The notes beneath the pieces are model-generated. The model saw only the letters and a list, made by a program, of their open reading frames with translations. It was not told where the DNA came from and did not search any database. The translations under genes were made by a program, and so were the position numbers. Shown piece by piece: positions 13,569 through 13,670 of a DNA stretch of 13,670 nucleotides. The stretch's first letter is position 1, and every line of letters begins with the position of its first letter. The stretch is from Candidatus Heimdallarchaeota archaeon (lineage in GTDB: Archaea; Asgardarchaeota; Heimdallarchaeia; Hodarchaeales; Hodarchaeaceae): contig JBHLSH010000091.1 in the NCBI GenBank assembly GCA_048881705.1, positions 1 to 13,670 on the forward strand. Direction: 5' to 3'.

Positions 13569-13670
13569 TCAAATCCCGGCATCTTCTTTGAGAATTGGTG
13601 CAATATCTGTTTTCTCCCACAAGAAATCGGGATCCTCTCGGCCAAAATGACCGTAGGCTGCAGTTTTCCT
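13569..13670 (-). CDS. metK: S-adenosylmethionine synthetase, bacterial/eukaryotic type, C-terminal 33 aa only
   Basis: The reverse strand reads [33 protein letters not shown], matching the MetK/MAT C-terminal signature TAAYGHFGR...F.WE. Absent from the ORF track. Confidence 0.9.
   Translation of the reverse strand, partial: RKTAAYGHFGREDPDFLWEKTDIAPILKEDAGI

Overview
AT-rich window (roughly 38-40% GC by eye) that looks archaeal. Evidence: a PGF-CTERM-like anchor, CxxxY-type CcmE, dense N-x-S/T sequons and BRE/TATA-like promoters. An Asgard/Heimdallarchaeia-like origin is my inference only. The window is a heme-centred locus. On the + strand: the 3' end of a PPDK_N-domain gene, a surface Ig-like protein, a surface-anchored multiheme cytochrome c (6 CxxCH, 1 CxxxCH and two unusual CxHCM motifs), a membrane-anchored six-hairpin (alpha/alpha)6 protein apparently co-transcribed with ccmF-ccmE, and a 6-TM protein. 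A Cys-rich HxlR regulator on the - strand sits divergently from a two-gene unit: a 12-TM, three-repeat, His-rich protein with the heme-copper-oxidase helix/His layout but no CuB His-His pair, translationally coupled to heme O synthase (ctaB/cyoE). The last 102 nt encode the C-terminus of a bacterial/eukaryote-type MetK, which the ORF track missed. Three intergenic regions share an ungapped 54-bp element (33/54 positions identical in all three) that ends in a BRE/weak-TATA-like motif, suggesting a regulon. One copy lies between perfect 13-bp inverted repeats. TM counts and fold calls are by eye; no searches were run.
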